A DNA stretch of 62,638 nt, counting the filler, from Nemertoderma westbladi (taxonomy: Eukaryota; Animalia; Xenacoelomorpha), in the NCBI GenBank assembly GCA_032718475.1. It is 3 parts of 3 records of this genome, joined end to end, with 100 filler letters (N's around TTAATTAATTAA, not from the genome) between each part and the next. Parts side by side here need not be neighbours in the genome. Positions count along the whole stretch, not along the records: positions 14,599 to 44,743 come from JAUCBJ010003146.1; positions 44,844 to 62,638 come from JAUCBJ010001248.1; 1 more part is not named here. One strand, written 5' to 3'. Positions 35,237 through 48,984 of this stretch are shown one piece after another (within the stretch, counting starts at the first letter, position 1; each line of letters opens with the position of its first letter). A program made the position numbers and the translations under genes. The notes below the pieces were generated by a model. That model worked only from the letters and a program-made list of their open reading frames with translations. It was not told where the DNA came from and searched no databases.

Positions 35237-35542
35237 AGGTGTTGGGACGCCCATCCACTATAACAAGATGCGTAACAACGTTATAAAATACATGCCAGTG
35301 CATTCACTACCGCCTATGCTTTATCGACCTCCATCGTAGTCTATACCAGACACAACAAACCTACGTTGCAATGATACGTGAATAATAATTGTGCAACTCT
35401 GTCATCACTGGTCTATTATTGAAAAAACGTAAAAAGTAACGTAACAATGTGTATGAAGTACTCTTTACTCAAATAGACATGATGTTTGAGACGTTATGTT
35501 TACAGTCTTACAGGCGTTCAGCCGCTCTCGAAACTTATGTTT

Positions 35543-35798
35543 TGTGCGGCGAACGACGCAGCGACTTAGCATATGGGTAAGTCGGTCGGTCGGTCGGTCG
35601 GTCGGTTGGTCGGTCGGTCGGGCGGGCGGGCGGGCGGTCGGTCGGTCGGTCGGTCGGTCGGTCGGTCGGTCGGTCGGTCGGTCGGTCGGTCGGTCGGTCG
35701 GTCGGTCGGTCGGTCGGTCGGTCGGTCGGTCGGTCGGTCGGTCGGTCGGTCGGTCGGTCGGTCGGTCGGTCGGTCGGTCGGTCGGTCGGTCGGTCGGT
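35543..35798 (+). repeat. Diverged HINE-like 5' end followed by a (GGTC)n microsatellite
   Basis: TGTGCGGCGAACGACGCAGCGACTTAGCATATGGGTA resembles the family A/B 5' ends; about 54 GGTC units follow. Confidence 0.7.
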
Positions 35799-36527
35799 CT
35801 GTCGATCATTCAGTTAATACTTAGAGTCAATCATTAAAGAAATGAAACCTAGCTTCGATACACACGTCGTAAATGTAAAATATAGTTTGACTGCTAAGAA
35901 CGTATATTTTTTTACTGCATGCTGCGCTGCATGCTGTGCTGCATGCACAGGCACACAGTAATTCGGCAATATTGATATTTTGTGCTGAGAATCAGAATTT
36001 TTGTTTGACCACCCATTTATAAGCTATTCATTATATCTTTTTTTATTTTTAAATATTTTAATTATTAACTTTATATTTAGTTTATTTGCTTAGAATCTTG
36101 TGTTAATTTTGTAAATAATTTACCATTTAAACGCGAGTCTGCTTTATATTAAGTAATTATGTGATTTTATTGTTTCGTAAATTTATGTTATTTATTTTGT
36201 TCCGGACAAAACCATTAGTTTATGCACCAGAGAGAGGCGTTTTTGCAACCACATTTTTGTGTTTTCAAACCGGTAAATATTATTAAAACCCTACAAGGGT
36301 AGCAGTTTTCGGATTATTTAATGAACGTGCAGTTTATTTTATGGTTGGAGAGAATTTTTTTATATCATAATATTATTATGAATTCGTAATATTATTATAC
36401 TTCATAACTTAAAGAGTAGACTGAAATAAAAAAGTAAAGTTTTCTTCAGCCTTTTAGGCCAGGGATTACGCACAAAATCTGATGACTTATTTTCAGTTAA
36501 TTTTTGTTTGTTTATTCAACAAAATCG

Positions 36528-36770
36528 CAGATAGGGGGGGAAACTGGACGCAAGAAAATCCCCCTCCAGGGGAAATTCGACGCAAATATCAGCTGATTAT
36601 TCTCAAAAATAAAGCTGTAACCTGTTCTAATGTGTTTAGTTTATTGTTTTGGTTGAAATAACGTGCCACTGTAACCTGCTCCTTTCCCTAAATTGAGAAT
36701 TTAACATTGAGGCGGGATATTAATTTGCCAAGGCGGGTTTTGCGTCCAGTCCCCCCCCCCCCCCTGTCTC
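36528..36770. mobile_element. MITE with poly-G/poly-C TIRs and 8-bp TSD, copy 1
   Basis: AGATAG(G)n..CTGGACGCAA / TTGCGTCCAGT(C)nTGTCT; TSD CAAAATCG on both sides; second copy at 52536-52796. Confidence 0.85.
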
Positions 36771-37949
36771 CAAAATCGAACCCTCAAATCTCTAAATCTG
36801 ATTCATCTCCATCAGTTTAATTTGTACCAGCTTCTTTAAAAAAAACACTGACAAACTAAAATTAAAACACTAAAATTCACTGACATTCCCGTAATTTAAA
36901 AGTCTTTTTAGAGCACTTTTAGTGGAAACATGAAAAATAATGGTTGGGGTTGATTAGGTGCAGTTAGCTGAGTGTGAGCCCGTCATAGTAGAAAGGCAGT
37001 ATGTTAGGCAGTAAGTCGGTACATTCAATTATCACATAGTAAAAAGGGACCAAGTGCGACCGGGTGATATACCTACAAGTTTTACATAATTACCAGTGAT
37101 CTGCCGACATAATAAATTGTTACTGAAGTAGAAAATTTAATTTAGCATAATCATGGTCTTTGTCGTTAGCGTGGTCATAATTAGAATTAAATTTCCTTCC
37201 AGTTACATTATGTACCAAAAAAATATAAGCATTTAATTGAATTTCAACAACAAAAACTTTCAATGCATTTATCCAAAATGTGTTTTTTATTGGCCCTTTC
37301 TACTGTGAGCATCCATCTCCAATGAGTGTGGAGTTGAGGCCTATTCCTTCCCAATAGCTTTAGTTTATCAAAGCTATCTGTATTAAATATTAGTAGGATT
37401 AATTAGTTTATTGATTCCAGGATGTACCTACTGTATGTTTGGATAAAGTAGAACACAAGCAGTGCATCGCAGTATTGCGTGCCTATACTTTTCACTTTCT
37501 CAATTCATTATCGCCATTGAGCAAATTATTTTGGTTTCCTAAACAAAATTTATAGATTTTCTAAATTTTTTCTAATCGTTTAGAAAATTTTCACAGTGAT
37601 CATTTTGAAAAAAAAACTTGTAAACTCCCAAAAGATCTAATGGTATAATCGAGAACACCGTATCTACTCTAGTTCTCGAGAAATTCAATGTAAAAGGGCC
37701 GTATAATACTGTATAGGCCTAGTGTTACAAAAGACCGTAAGTGCAATACAAAAGACCTCAACAACTTAAATTTATGCAAAAAACCGTAAGTCACAAGACT
37801 TGCGGTTTTTTGTCATTGCATAGATAATAAGACAACGCACATATTTTTATTTATATTTTTATTGAAATTTGTTTCTTTTGACTTACTATGTATTTGCAGA
37901 AAAGGACGGTGACTTGCGGTGTTTTATCATCATTTCTGTATGCTACGGA

Positions 37950-40900
37950 ATTAGAGGAGAATTTAATGAGGATTTCAAATCTGAACATATGTCATTACGA
38001 GATATGTTTATATGAGAAGCTCTGATAGGAGAAAGCTTGTAATTAAGTTATTAATTCCATTAGTCACCTGAGGTGAACCCACCCTACCCTAACTGTTTAG
38101 TATGATAATTCCTTCTTTAAGTGCGAGATCGCGTTTAGTTTTCGAGTTGTCACTGTCTCTCCATGTCTGCCTGTCTGACCCTCAAAATTGAAGTTTAGAC
38201 AGACAGCCAGAGCCAGACCAGTCAGACAGACTAGATTGTACCGAACATAAATATTGACATTGGAAATTAATTCACGGACTTCGAATACGCCATAATGAAA
38301 ATTATACTGTATCTCTGTGGCGAGCTGGAAGATTTAAACTTTGAAGACAATTTTCTAGGAAAGAGATTTTTTTTCACGCAACAAACACTACTTCTCTGCC
38401 AATTCCTGACCCGTTTTTTAATTTTCGCTCATACAGTATGATAGGTAATTTCTTAAGGTTCGATAAATTTCGGGCAGTTTTTTTAATTTCATAATATTTC
38501 TCAGTTCCCAAGCTTTCTTGTTTATTGAACCACTTTCGAGTTATTTACAAATTAAAAAACCGCAGGGTGGGGTGGTTGCAGCCGCCCATAATGTATTCAT
38601 TAAATTTACACAGTTCAAAAACACCGCAACTGACAGACTTGTGGTGTTTTGTCGTTGTGACATTTGTTTTTGCATTGTACTGTATCGAATGTATTTACAT
38701 ACAACATGTCCTGGAATATAGTGTCGTTATTCAGGTACCTGGACCCCCCCCCCCCCCCCCCCCCAAAAAAAAATTTTTCTACAAATCTTAATGAGATTGC
38801 ATGAAATTTGAAACACAGATAGTTTATTTTTATGTTTATAGATTGTGTATTTATTTAATAGAATAAATGGCCTGCAGCGGAAACAAATACATGAGTAGTA
38901 ATGGTTTGCCACTCTTGGCGACAGTTGGTCCCACTTCGCACCTTGGGTGTTAAGTAGGTCATTAATTAATTAAACAATTAATTAATTGGTCGATTAAACA
39001 ATTAATTAATTGTTTAATCAATCGATTTGTATCAAATAATGTTGCCAAAGGCAATTTAATTTGACACAAATCAATCATATAGGGACGCGAGATGAATAAA
39101 TTGTACTACAATAGATGAAATATACAATACAATAGGCACTGTGCAATACAATATACAGTACATTTGTATTATTTTTGCCGTACAATAGGTAAAGGTAGAA
39201 TGAAATATAAAGACGCGATCGGGGCCCAAAACATAAATTAGCCTCACACGAAAATAAAATGGGCCAGTTTGGCCCTGGTTCAATCCCTCAATAATCTGTG
39301 GCCGTTTGGGCTCTTATTAGACGTAGCATGACTAATCCCACCATTGAATCCTATGTTGAGTTAAACCATTGTCAATTCGCCTAAGAAAATTATAATAAAC
39401 ATCTGGTCTTGCAATAGATTATTCTTCTTTCACAACTCCATTCTAGCCTCCCTCTATAATAACCCCCATTCACCGCATTCCCATTATTTATTCAAGAAAT
39501 TATATGTTTTTTATAATATATTTTGGAAAATTAGCCGACTAAGTCATAATTTTTAAAACTTTAAATAAGGGTGGAGTTATTTTATAAACTTAAGAAGAGT
39601 GAATCAATGGAGGCAACATGAAGTCTAATCTCTTGCCCTTTACTCATAAGACCGCACATTAACTCCCAAGGTTGCATACTATCACTATAGCTGGGAGAGT
39701 CAAAGCTAGTGTACAGGAATGAGGAAGTGAGGGAAGTGAGGGAAGTGAGGGAGTGAGGGAGTGAGGGAAGTGAGGGAGTGAGGCAGTGAGGGAAGTGAGG
39801 GAAGTGGGGAAGTGAGGCATAGTGAGGCATAGTCGACCAATTAATTAATTGTTTAATTAATCGATTTGTACACTTCCCTCACTGCCTCACTTCCCTCACC
39901 TCCCTCACTTCCCTCACTTCCCTCACTTCCCTCACTTCCCTCACTTCCCTCACTGCCTCACTCCCTCACTTCCCTCACTTCCCTCACTTCCCTCACTTCC
40001 CTCACTTCCCTCACTTCCCTCACTTCCCTCACTTCCCTCACCTCCCTCACTTCCCTCACTTCCCTCACTTCCCTCACTTCCCTCACTTCCCTCACTTCCC
40101 TCACTGCCTCACTTCCCTCACTGCCTCACTTCCCTCACTGCCTCACTCCCTCACTTCCCTCACTTCCCTCACTTCCCTCACTTCCCTCACTGCCTCACTT
40201 CCCTCACTGCCTCACTTCCCTCACTGCCTCACTCCCTCACTTCCCTCACTTCCCTCACTTCCCTCACTTCCCTCACTTCCCTCACTTCCCTCACTTCCCT
40301 CACTTCCCTCACCTCCCTCACTTCCCTCACTTCCCTCACTTCCCTCACTTCCCTCACTGCCTCACTTCCCCCACTTCCCTCACTTCCCTCACTGCCTCAC
40401 TTCCCTCACTGCCTCACTTCCCTCACTGCCTCACTTCCCTCACTTCCCTCACTTCCCTCACTTCCCTCACTTCCCTCACTGCCTCACTTCCCTCACTTCC
40501 CCAACTGTATGGAAGGCCAAATAGCCTTTATACTGTAGTAAAATTTGAAAATTTGTAGCCTCCCCCTAGCGGCTGGCGGAGGAATTAAAGATTTCACTAA
40601 AATTGCTACTAGTCCCTCAATTTTGATCCAAATGTCTTGAAACCAACTTTTTTGGACTCAGCGTGATCGACTCTACAAAAGTTATCTTATAGAATTTTTA
40701 ATTAGCCATTTTTATTTTAATTAATTAATTAAATTAATTAATTATCATATTTTTAATTAAAATTGGCTAATTATAAAAAATGGTAATATTTATCAAAATT
40801 CCATAAGATAACTTTTAAAAAGCTTCCAAAGCTCGTTCGAATGAGCCATAAACGAAGAAAATTGGTTGAAAAATAACGGAGGAGTAGTAATTTGAAAATG

Positions 40901-41235
40901 AAAAATGTCATTCCGAGAAAATGCCCTTCAAAGTTTAAACCGTCCCTCCAAAACTGGCTGTCTGCGTTCTGGTTGGTTAATTATTTCTGGCACGAAGGAT
41001 GCACACCAACGAGCTAAAATGTTCATTACGGTTGTTTTCGGGGTCGCTGATTTCATTTCCGATGTCAGTTTTAATTTTTGGTGGAATCTAGTCTATTTGT
41101 CTGTCTGTCGGTCTTCTGTCTTTCTTACAATTTGACGGACAGACCGTCATACAGAAAAACAGTGATAGCTCGAGAACTGAAAGAGGTCTCACTAAGCGGA
41201 TTTCAGATTTTTAATCCTCATTAAATTCTGCTCTA
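37950..41235. repeat. Two diverged copies of one interspersed repeat in opposite orientation (about 37950-38300 and 41020-41235)
   Basis: GAATTTAATGAGGATTTCAAATCTGAA vs TTCAGATTTTTAATCCTCATTAAATTC, plus shared GACA/TGTC tracts and GACTAGATT. Confidence 0.5.
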
Positions 41236-41917
41236 GGTAAAATAAAGAAACAACAATTTGAAAATTTTCCTGAGGGGGGTATACCCCCCCTTAAGAGACC
41301 ATTTCGACCATAAAATTCGTACAGGTCCCGTACTTTACCTAGCAATGTCCCATGCTTTACCACACACACCATACTGTAAAAAATTAGCAATGTAGCAATT
41401 CGTCTTATATTTATATTTAAGCTTAATAATACAGCTTTATCCTAAACATCAACTCAACACCGTACCTGAGCACAATTCGCTAAACTTTAGAATTGAAATC
41501 ATAAAATAAAAAAAACCATTTCGTACGAATCCGTACTTTACCTTAATTGGACAAGCTGGTGTTTTCTCAAAAGTGACCAAGTCCCGCCATAATCTTCGCG
41601 AAATCAAAGCTGATATTCGAAAGTTCAATCCAAGCACAATTTTGTTCACATACAGTATGTGCTGTGGATAACATTGTACAGGCAATCAAAGTTCAAAATT
41701 GTGTACGAAAGTCCCGTACTTTACTTTGGAATGAGCCTATAGCTAAAGAATGAAAACAAAAATAAAAATTCTGGCTTAGCCAGTCAGTGGTCGGGAGGTG
41801 AAACTATCTCTGTTTCAAGTTTCATGCAATCTCATTACGATTTGTAGAAAAATTAGGGGGGGGGGGGGGGGGTGGGGCGTGTCACTGAATTATGACACTA
41901 TATTCTGGGACATGGTG
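38702..41917. mobile_element. Non-autonomous Tc1/mariner-like element with long TIRs and nested repeats
   Basis: About 125-bp TIRs starting CAMCATGTCCYRGAATATAGTGTC and containing a poly-C/G run, flanked by TA; a partial third TIR copy at about 44640-44712. Confidence 0.75.
39718..40500. repeat. Inverted pair of 9-bp satellite arrays, (GGGAAGTGA)n and (TCACTTCCC)n
   Basis: 39718-39830 and 39870-40500, separated by a 40-bp AT-rich spacer. Confidence 0.95.
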
Positions 41918-42202
41918 TAATAATGTTATTCCCCATTACAAACTGTTTAAAATAACAATACAATGGTGGGCTATGTAAAAAAATATCCGAATTCGCCCTA
42001 GGGAAAATAACCAGTTATTAATCCTATCCCGCTTTTGGTAGCTTAGTTACAGCCAATCAATTAGAATATAATAATAAAATATAAAATATTCGCATATTAA
42101 TACTGTAGGTTCCAGCCACTACATAGCTACCATGGTTACAATTCACAACCACTTTGTTTAGAACTTATTACAGAATTGTTGCCGAAAGGTATGATCCCGT
42201 AA

Positions 42203-42379
42203 GGCCGCGTTCACACTACCGAGTCAAAGTCAAAAGAAAATAAACATAGCTAGCTAAATAATAATACATTATATATAGGCCTAATATAATACATAATGGC
42301 GTTCTAGAAAAAAAATAATTTATTGTTATTCTTTTTACATTTTGTCTTTTGACTTTGACTCGGTAGTGTGAACACGGCC
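42203..42379. mobile_element. PIF/Harbinger (Tourist-like) MITE
   Basis: About 33-bp TIR GGCCGYGTTCACACTACCGAGTCAAAGTCAAAA; TAA TSD on both sides. Confidence 0.9.
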
Positions 42380-42928
42380 TAAGACAGCGACAAGTGTACA
42401 GATGCCTAGCATACGTAGGAGGTAGTTATGTATAGTAAATCTGGAACCGATTTTAAAGATTGAGACCTGATAATATGAAGAGAGTTCTAAAAATTCACAT
42501 TTGATACAATTACTCCTTCAATGGGCACTACTACAGTATGTGTACCCATGACCGGGATATTTCTGTAGTAGCTAGTTTTTGCTACTTTATTTTTTTTAAT
42601 GTTCTATGTCATATTTTTTTTTTTTTTTGTTGTACCGAAGTAATATATTCTTAAAAATTATATTTGAATTTACAGACAAGATAAACAATCATATTTTCCT
42701 AAAGTACAGTAATGTCAGTCCAACTGTTTATTTTCCTCTCATCAACTTCTTCCATCCAGCTGCAACATCGAATTGATTCGATCTCGACTTTCCCGCTCCT
42801 TTCTTCCCACATCCCTTCGATCTTCCTCTCTTTCCTTTCTTCTTCCCCTTTCCTCCACGACTCCTTGATCTACTCCCTTTACCTCGACGACTCTTTGATC
42901 TACTCCCTTTACCTCGGCGAGAATAACT

Positions 42929-43807
42929 CTATTCCACAGCGCTGATTGAACCCCGAACACAAAGGGCATTCCCCCTCACTATGGCTATCCCGATGCGTTG
43001 CTTCAGCCACAAGCTCTCGCGTGGGTCTCCTGACTCCGCTATGAGTCTTCGGCCAAGATCTTTTAACACGCTGATGGTGGATGGACCGAATACTCCTGTG
43101 GTCTCGAAGGCCAGGGGTTCGAATTGGTACTGCTGACCCAAATTGCGGTATTTCACACGCTTTAGCTCCTCCGCTGCTGCTGATGCTGAGGATGGCTCAA
43201 TGGCAGAGCGAATAATGTGGGATGGGGCAAATGTATCCACACATGTAGCATCCCATACCAGGCACCGGCCTTTCGAGTAGGGGTAGATGGTCATACCATC
43301 AGGACGTTTCCCATCTCCCCTATCCAACCCAGTAGGTTCCAGGACAGATGGTAGACCAGCTCTGCTCAGTGAACGTTTCAGCACATCGTTGAGAGCTGCA
43401 TGACGTGGGAACCTACCCATGCTGTTTCGGCTGGACAGTGCATGGTGCCCAAGAATATCCACTTCCTTGCCACACTTGCAGGTGTGTTTATGGCAGATAG
43501 GTGCACCAACTCTCTGTGCTATACCAATTCGAAGAGCTTCCGGATCCAAATTCGACCCTAAAGATGGAATAGGGGTCGCATGAAGCCAAAGCCCACTCTC
43601 CACTTGCGCTGCTGCAGCCAGGCGTGCTGTTTCGACCTGATCCGCTTTGGCAAACAGGTCTCTCTGTGTTATAGTCGCAGAGATAGTGTCCCAGGCTTTC
43701 TGGTTATTCCTGGCTGCCCCACTGGGTTCCTCAACTGAAGAGAACTTCTCCCTCCATGCCTTGACGGCTCCTGCCAAATCACACGATGGCTCCAGTCCAA
43801 ATGCCAT
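42929..43807 (-). mobile_element. CRE-clade non-LTR retrotransposon 3' end: zinc-finger motif plus restriction-like endonuclease
   Basis: SGLWLHATP, CKCG...GHHAL, RHAALND, RPDG, WDATCVD, KRVKY, FEPLAFETTG; purine-rich 3' UTR to about 42700. Confidence 0.9.
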
Positions 43808-44052
43808 ATTAGCTATAGTTTTGCAAAAAAAAAATGATCTAGAACAAATCTTTTTTGTTCTAGAACATTTTTTAAAAAATTTATAATTCCTAATAATACA
43901 CCTTAAAATGTTAATCTGTTGCCTTTAAATACTTCAAAATATTATTCTAGAATGTTTTTTAATGTTTACAGTGTAGTAGGTTCACTATAACTGTTTTCAT
44001 TAAATAAAATGCCACGTCACGAAAACAAAAGTGCTCTAAAGATCCAAATATT

Positions 44053-44230
44053 GGCCCGTATGCATAAAACACTTACGACGATCGTAACTTTACGATGATC
44101 GTAAGTTTCACATTTCCGATGATCGTAAATATAATTGGTATGCATAAAACATTTACGATGATCGTAACTTTATGATGATCGTAACTTTACGATTGATATC
44201 AATCGTAACTTTACGATTGCTAATACCTGC
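44053..44230 (+). mobile_element. DNA transposon left end with ACGATGATCGTAACTTT tandem motifs
   Basis: GGCCCGTATGCATAAAAC terminus and several copies of the about 17-bp motif; the right end is not present before the gap. Confidence 0.4.
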
Positions 44231-44743
44231 CCGTAAAAGTTACGATCGGGATTTCTATCAGCTGAGATTAACAGGTTGCCAGGCAACAAGCCAAAACAAT
44301 ACTGTTTAACGTGGGTATAGCTGCTTTGTTATGTTTACGTTACCGGTATGGACACACAATTCTGCATACAGCTACAGTATATTGGCGAGCGACTTAGTGA
44401 GTAATGCCATAATGGTTTTACTTATAAGTATTCACACGTGCTAAAATGTGGAAACAGCTGGTAATACCTAGGAACACCTGTTTACCTGTACCTGTAACGT
44501 GCCATTTTTTTTAAAACATGTTTGACAACAAAGGGTACAAGAGTGCAAAAAAATATACAAGTATTATAGCTAAAGGTACTGTACCATAAAATTTACTAGG
44601 TAGGCCCTACAATGATAATTTGTTAACAAACTGCACAACTCCCCCCCCCCCCCCCACCCACATTTTTCTAGAAATCGTAATGAAACTGTATGAAATTTGA
44701 AACAGAGATAGTAGTTGAGTTTGAATTTTTATCTTCGCTACAA

Positions 44744-44843
44744 NNNNNNNNNNNNNNNNNNNNNNNNNNNNNNNNNNNNNNNNNNNNTTAATTAATTAAN
44801 NNNNNNNNNNNNNNNNNNNNNNNNNNNNNNNNNNNNNNNNNNN
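44744..44843. other. Artificial contig spacer (44 N + TTAATTAATTAA + 44 N)
   Basis: Same design as 14499-14598. Confidence 0.97.
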
Positions 44844-47304
44844 TCAATCAAAGATGCTATCTGCATCGCTTTAGGGGTTATAAGTTGTCTAGAGCATGGT
44901 AGCTTTCCTCTCCGGAAATTCATATCCAACTCGCGGGAATTTCTACTACATATTCCGCAAGCCAAACTAGCCATGCCATCAATAAATCTTGACATGGATG
45001 AACTTCCAGTTACACGTGCTCTTGGTGTAATCTGGAATACAGAATCTGACATTTTCACATTTCTTTATAAGGAGAAACAGGTCCCTAACACTAAACGTGG
45101 ATGTTTAGCTCTCCTTAGCTCAATCTATGACCCACTTAACCTCATATCTCCTTTTATTGTTGCTGGTCGTTTGCTTATCCAAAACATTTGGAAGGAAGGG
45201 TTAAAGTGGGACGATGAACTCCCCAATAAACTCAGTCAACCATGGTCAAAATGGTCTAGTGAGATTTCTCTTCTGTCAAAAATGACAATACCAAGGGTTT
45301 ACCTTGGTTCATCACCTCCTGAAGACATTTTGTACTATGAGATACACAACTTCTCGGATGCTTCTTAAGGTTGCCTACGGCTGTGTAAGTTATCTAAGAG
45401 TTGTATCTCCAGAGTCAGTTGATGTAACTCTTCTGTTTTCTAAGAGTAGAATGGTTCCCATTAAATCTACGCAAAGCACTCCTCGTTTGGAATTGCAGGC
45501 TGCTAAATTAGCAACAGGTGTTAGCACTAATATGGTAACTGAACTTGGCCTCTCAATATCCCAAACGCATTTCTGGACATACTCTACAGTTGTTCTATCT
45601 TATCTTCATAACACAACCACCCAGTTTAAATGCTATGTGGCAAACAGGGTGGCCTCAATTCTTCGCGTTTTAGAGTTAGACCAGTGGCATCATGTTCCTG
45701 GTATATCCAATCCAGCTGATGATGTGGCGAGCCGTGGACTGTCTGCTCGTGCCCTTATTGATTCTACTCGTTGGTGGCATGGTCCAGAGAGATTGGTGAG
45801 AGAGTTGATAACTTCCCAGAATTTGTCCCTACTTCTTGCATTGAATTAGCTTCAGAGCAGGTGTATTCACTTACCGTAGCCCCAGACCCTGATCCCGATA
45901 ACCTGACCCGATTCCGTTCTATCTTTAAAAGGAACTATGGTTTCTATTGAAGAGATACAACGAGCAGGTATGTGCATTGTACGTTTTGCACAATCTCAGC
46001 TTTACCCTACAGAGCTGAAATGTCTTCGCAATTCCTCACTAGTGCACATTTCCAGCCCATTGTCACGGCTTTGCCCTAAGATATTCGATGATGGCATTGT
46101 CAGACTTGGCAGTCGCATTGCATCTGCGCCAGTTTCATTTGATGCTGCCTATCCCATCATTCTTTCGAAATCACACCCCCTTGCAAAAATATTTGTTTGG
46201 AGCACTCATGTAAAATCTGGCCATTCCGGACGTGACCAGGTCACTATCACAATTCGTCAACAATTCTGGATAATCGGACTCCAGTCATTATCCCGTTCTG
46301 TAATCAGTAAATGTTTTCTTTGTTGTAAGAAACATGCTCGTAGGATGGAACAGCTCATGGCACCACTACCTAAGTCTAGACTTACTCCATATGTTCCTCC
46401 ATTTACTTATTCTGCTGTAGACATGTTTGGCCCTTTACGAGTCAAGTATCGTAAAACTCGTAGTACTTCTACTATAAAGCGTTATGGCATTCTTTATACA
46501 TGTCTAAACTCCCGTGCCATATCTTTAGATATTGCTGCTGATGCATCAGCAGATGCCTTCATCAACTCATTCAGGCGTCATATTGCACGTCGAGGTACTC
46601 CTAAGGAGATATTGTCTGATAATGGATCCAACTTTGTTGGTGCCGACTCAGAAATGAAACAAAACATTGAACTCTGGTCCGAAAATTTCATTTCTGATTT
46701 AAAACCATTAGGAGTAACATGGCATTATATTCCCCCAGGGGCACCCCATATGGGTAGAGTTTATGAGAGATTGGTTAAAATGACTAAAGAAATTCTGTAC
46801 GGCCTACTGCAAGGTGCCCTAGTTACAGATGATGTACTTTTAACCACTTTAGCCGAGGCTGAATCTATTGTAAATAGTAGGCCCCTCTGTACTGTAACTG
46901 ACGACCCTACTTCTGACGACGTCTTGACACCCAACCACTTACTTATCCAATGTCCCGCCTATAACTACCCTCCCGGACCATTTGACGACAGTGACACCTA
47001 CTCTCGCCGGACCTGGAGGCAGGCACAACTTATATCGAACCACTTCTGGAACAAGTGGCTCAGGGAGTACGTCAGCACGCTCCAGATTCGCCACAAGTGG
47101 CATCGAAAACGTGGAAATCTCCAGGTCGATGACGTTGTCCTTCTTCATGAAGATGTTCTACCTCGAAACTCATGGCGGTGGGGTAGAATCGTAAAGACAT
47201 TCCCAGATAAATCCGGATTGGTTCAATCTGCCGAAGTTAAAACTCCTGTTGGTGTCTACAAAAGACCAATTAGAAAGATGTGTCTTTTGGAGGAAGCAAC
47301 CTGA
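44844..47304 (+). mobile_element. BEL/Pao LTR retrotransposon pol (RT end, RNase H, integrase), disrupted
   Basis: FPLRKFISN, RALGVIWN, TKRG...SIYDPL, HNFSDAS / AYG, TPRLELQAA, NPADD, H-H-C-C zinc finger, AVDMFGP, SDNGSNF, YERLV, LTPNHLL, FWNKWLREY; frameshifts near 45366 and 45850-45930. Confidence 0.95.
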
Positions 47305-48281
47305 CTCCAGCACCTCTTTAGTACCTCTCATCCATGACATATTTTACCTAAATTCTTTCTACATATATTGTGGACCCACATATTTTGGAGATTTTTAGTT
47401 AAATTCGTTTCGATTTATTTCAATAAGTTACCGCTATAACTTCTATGTAACTTCTATATAACTTAATTATATTGTCTTATGAACTGTATGCCGTATTAAC
47501 GTACATAACATACATACCGGTACCTATTATGTAAATTAACGAAGTCAACGTCCTATTGTACTTGTACTTCGCATATATGTAGTACAGTACATATATGCAT
47601 AAACTCACGTGGTTGTGTCTACTACATAGTTTTTAGTTGTTAAAGTTTCAAATTTATTTTGGAGGTGTATTACTTCTACATTGCTTATCTATAAAATATC
47701 TCAAATCTCATACCGGTATATATATTTAGTGCTGTGTGTAAACTCATTTTTCTCTTGTATAATTCATTCATATACTTCTGTAATTTCATAACTTCTAACA
47801 AATCCTTTCTTTCATTATCGCCTCGTGGATCAAGTTCATTGATCAAAAAATAAATAAAAAAAAAATAAAAATTTGAGACAATTATAATAATATATACATA
47901 TTTACTTAAATGTATATATATATATGACTATATATAATCTAACAAATAATCCCTTAATAACATAATCATAGCGTACAGTATGTGTACCCTGGTAAAAGAG
48001 GGATTCCACAACATCACTCATATAACCTATTCCCTGTCTTACTAATATAATCATCTTGTACAGTAAGTGTACCCAGGTAAAAGCGGGATTCCACAAAATC
48101 AACCATTTAATGATCCCCTATGTCCCACTAACAACATCTGTACTGTATAGTGGTCCCAGGTTAAAGCGGGATTCCACGCATTCATACATTTAACCCCCCC
48201 TCTGGACATATAAATAATATCAATTAATTATAAATTTTATATTGACAAATTATTGCTGTTGTTGCAATAATTTGGGGGGAC

Positions 48282-48800
48282 TGTCACGGCTTTCGGCGTC
48301 TTACCCCCTCAAAAAAACGTAAAAAATATCTTATATATTTCATTCATTATCATTATCTTCATTAACATTCAAATTTCCCGCCAACACTAATAATTTGATA
48401 CATTCTTCACTCTGTCACCTATAAATACTGGACGTACTGCTATTTCATTCATTCATTCATTCATTCTGATGAATAGAATCACACGGACATCAGACTTTCT
48501 GCTCTGTGTCCACCAGCTACTGACTGCATCTGTATCCTTCAACTTTATCCTCCTTCAACTTTATCCTTTATCTGTTTCTAGCAGTCTCTTAGACACCCGT
48601 CTATGCGGCTGTATAAACGCCAGTATTTCTTTTGAACTGTGCGTGTGCGTTCCATTTTCATCACTACACTGCATGATTATTGTCATCCCTTTTTGGCTCA
48701 TATCGGATTTAGTGACATGCCTGATTTAGGAAATAAATAAACTGAAGGTTTTATAATAAAGAATATTTATTTTAAAGGCCATTGGCAATTAACGTTTACA
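48282..48800 (+). mobile_element. Probable 3' LTR of the BEL/Pao element
   Basis: GGGGGGAC polypurine tract followed by TGTCAC; TATAAATA at about 48420; AATAAA at about 48735; ends ...TTTACA. The right boundary is uncertain. Confidence 0.6.
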
Positions 48801-48984
48801 TGCTCAGGTGATGAAATTACGCCAAGCGCGCCAGCACGGTAGAATACGGGCTGACGGGCGTTAGTATTACAGCCGCCAAATGAAGGTTTTACCGGCAAAG
48901 CCTCATAAAATAACCAAAAGCGACCCAAACCGCTTTCCCACTGTTTAGCCGGGACAGCCTAATCCGCCTATGTATTAACTTTTG

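Noticed and set aside
35465-35837. RPTD / SVGR repeat proteins
   Set aside because: Translations of a (GGTC)n microsatellite.
39866-40558. 230-aa SLT/PHF repeat ORF
   Set aside because: Translation of the 9-bp satellite, with the repeat phase switching at variant units.
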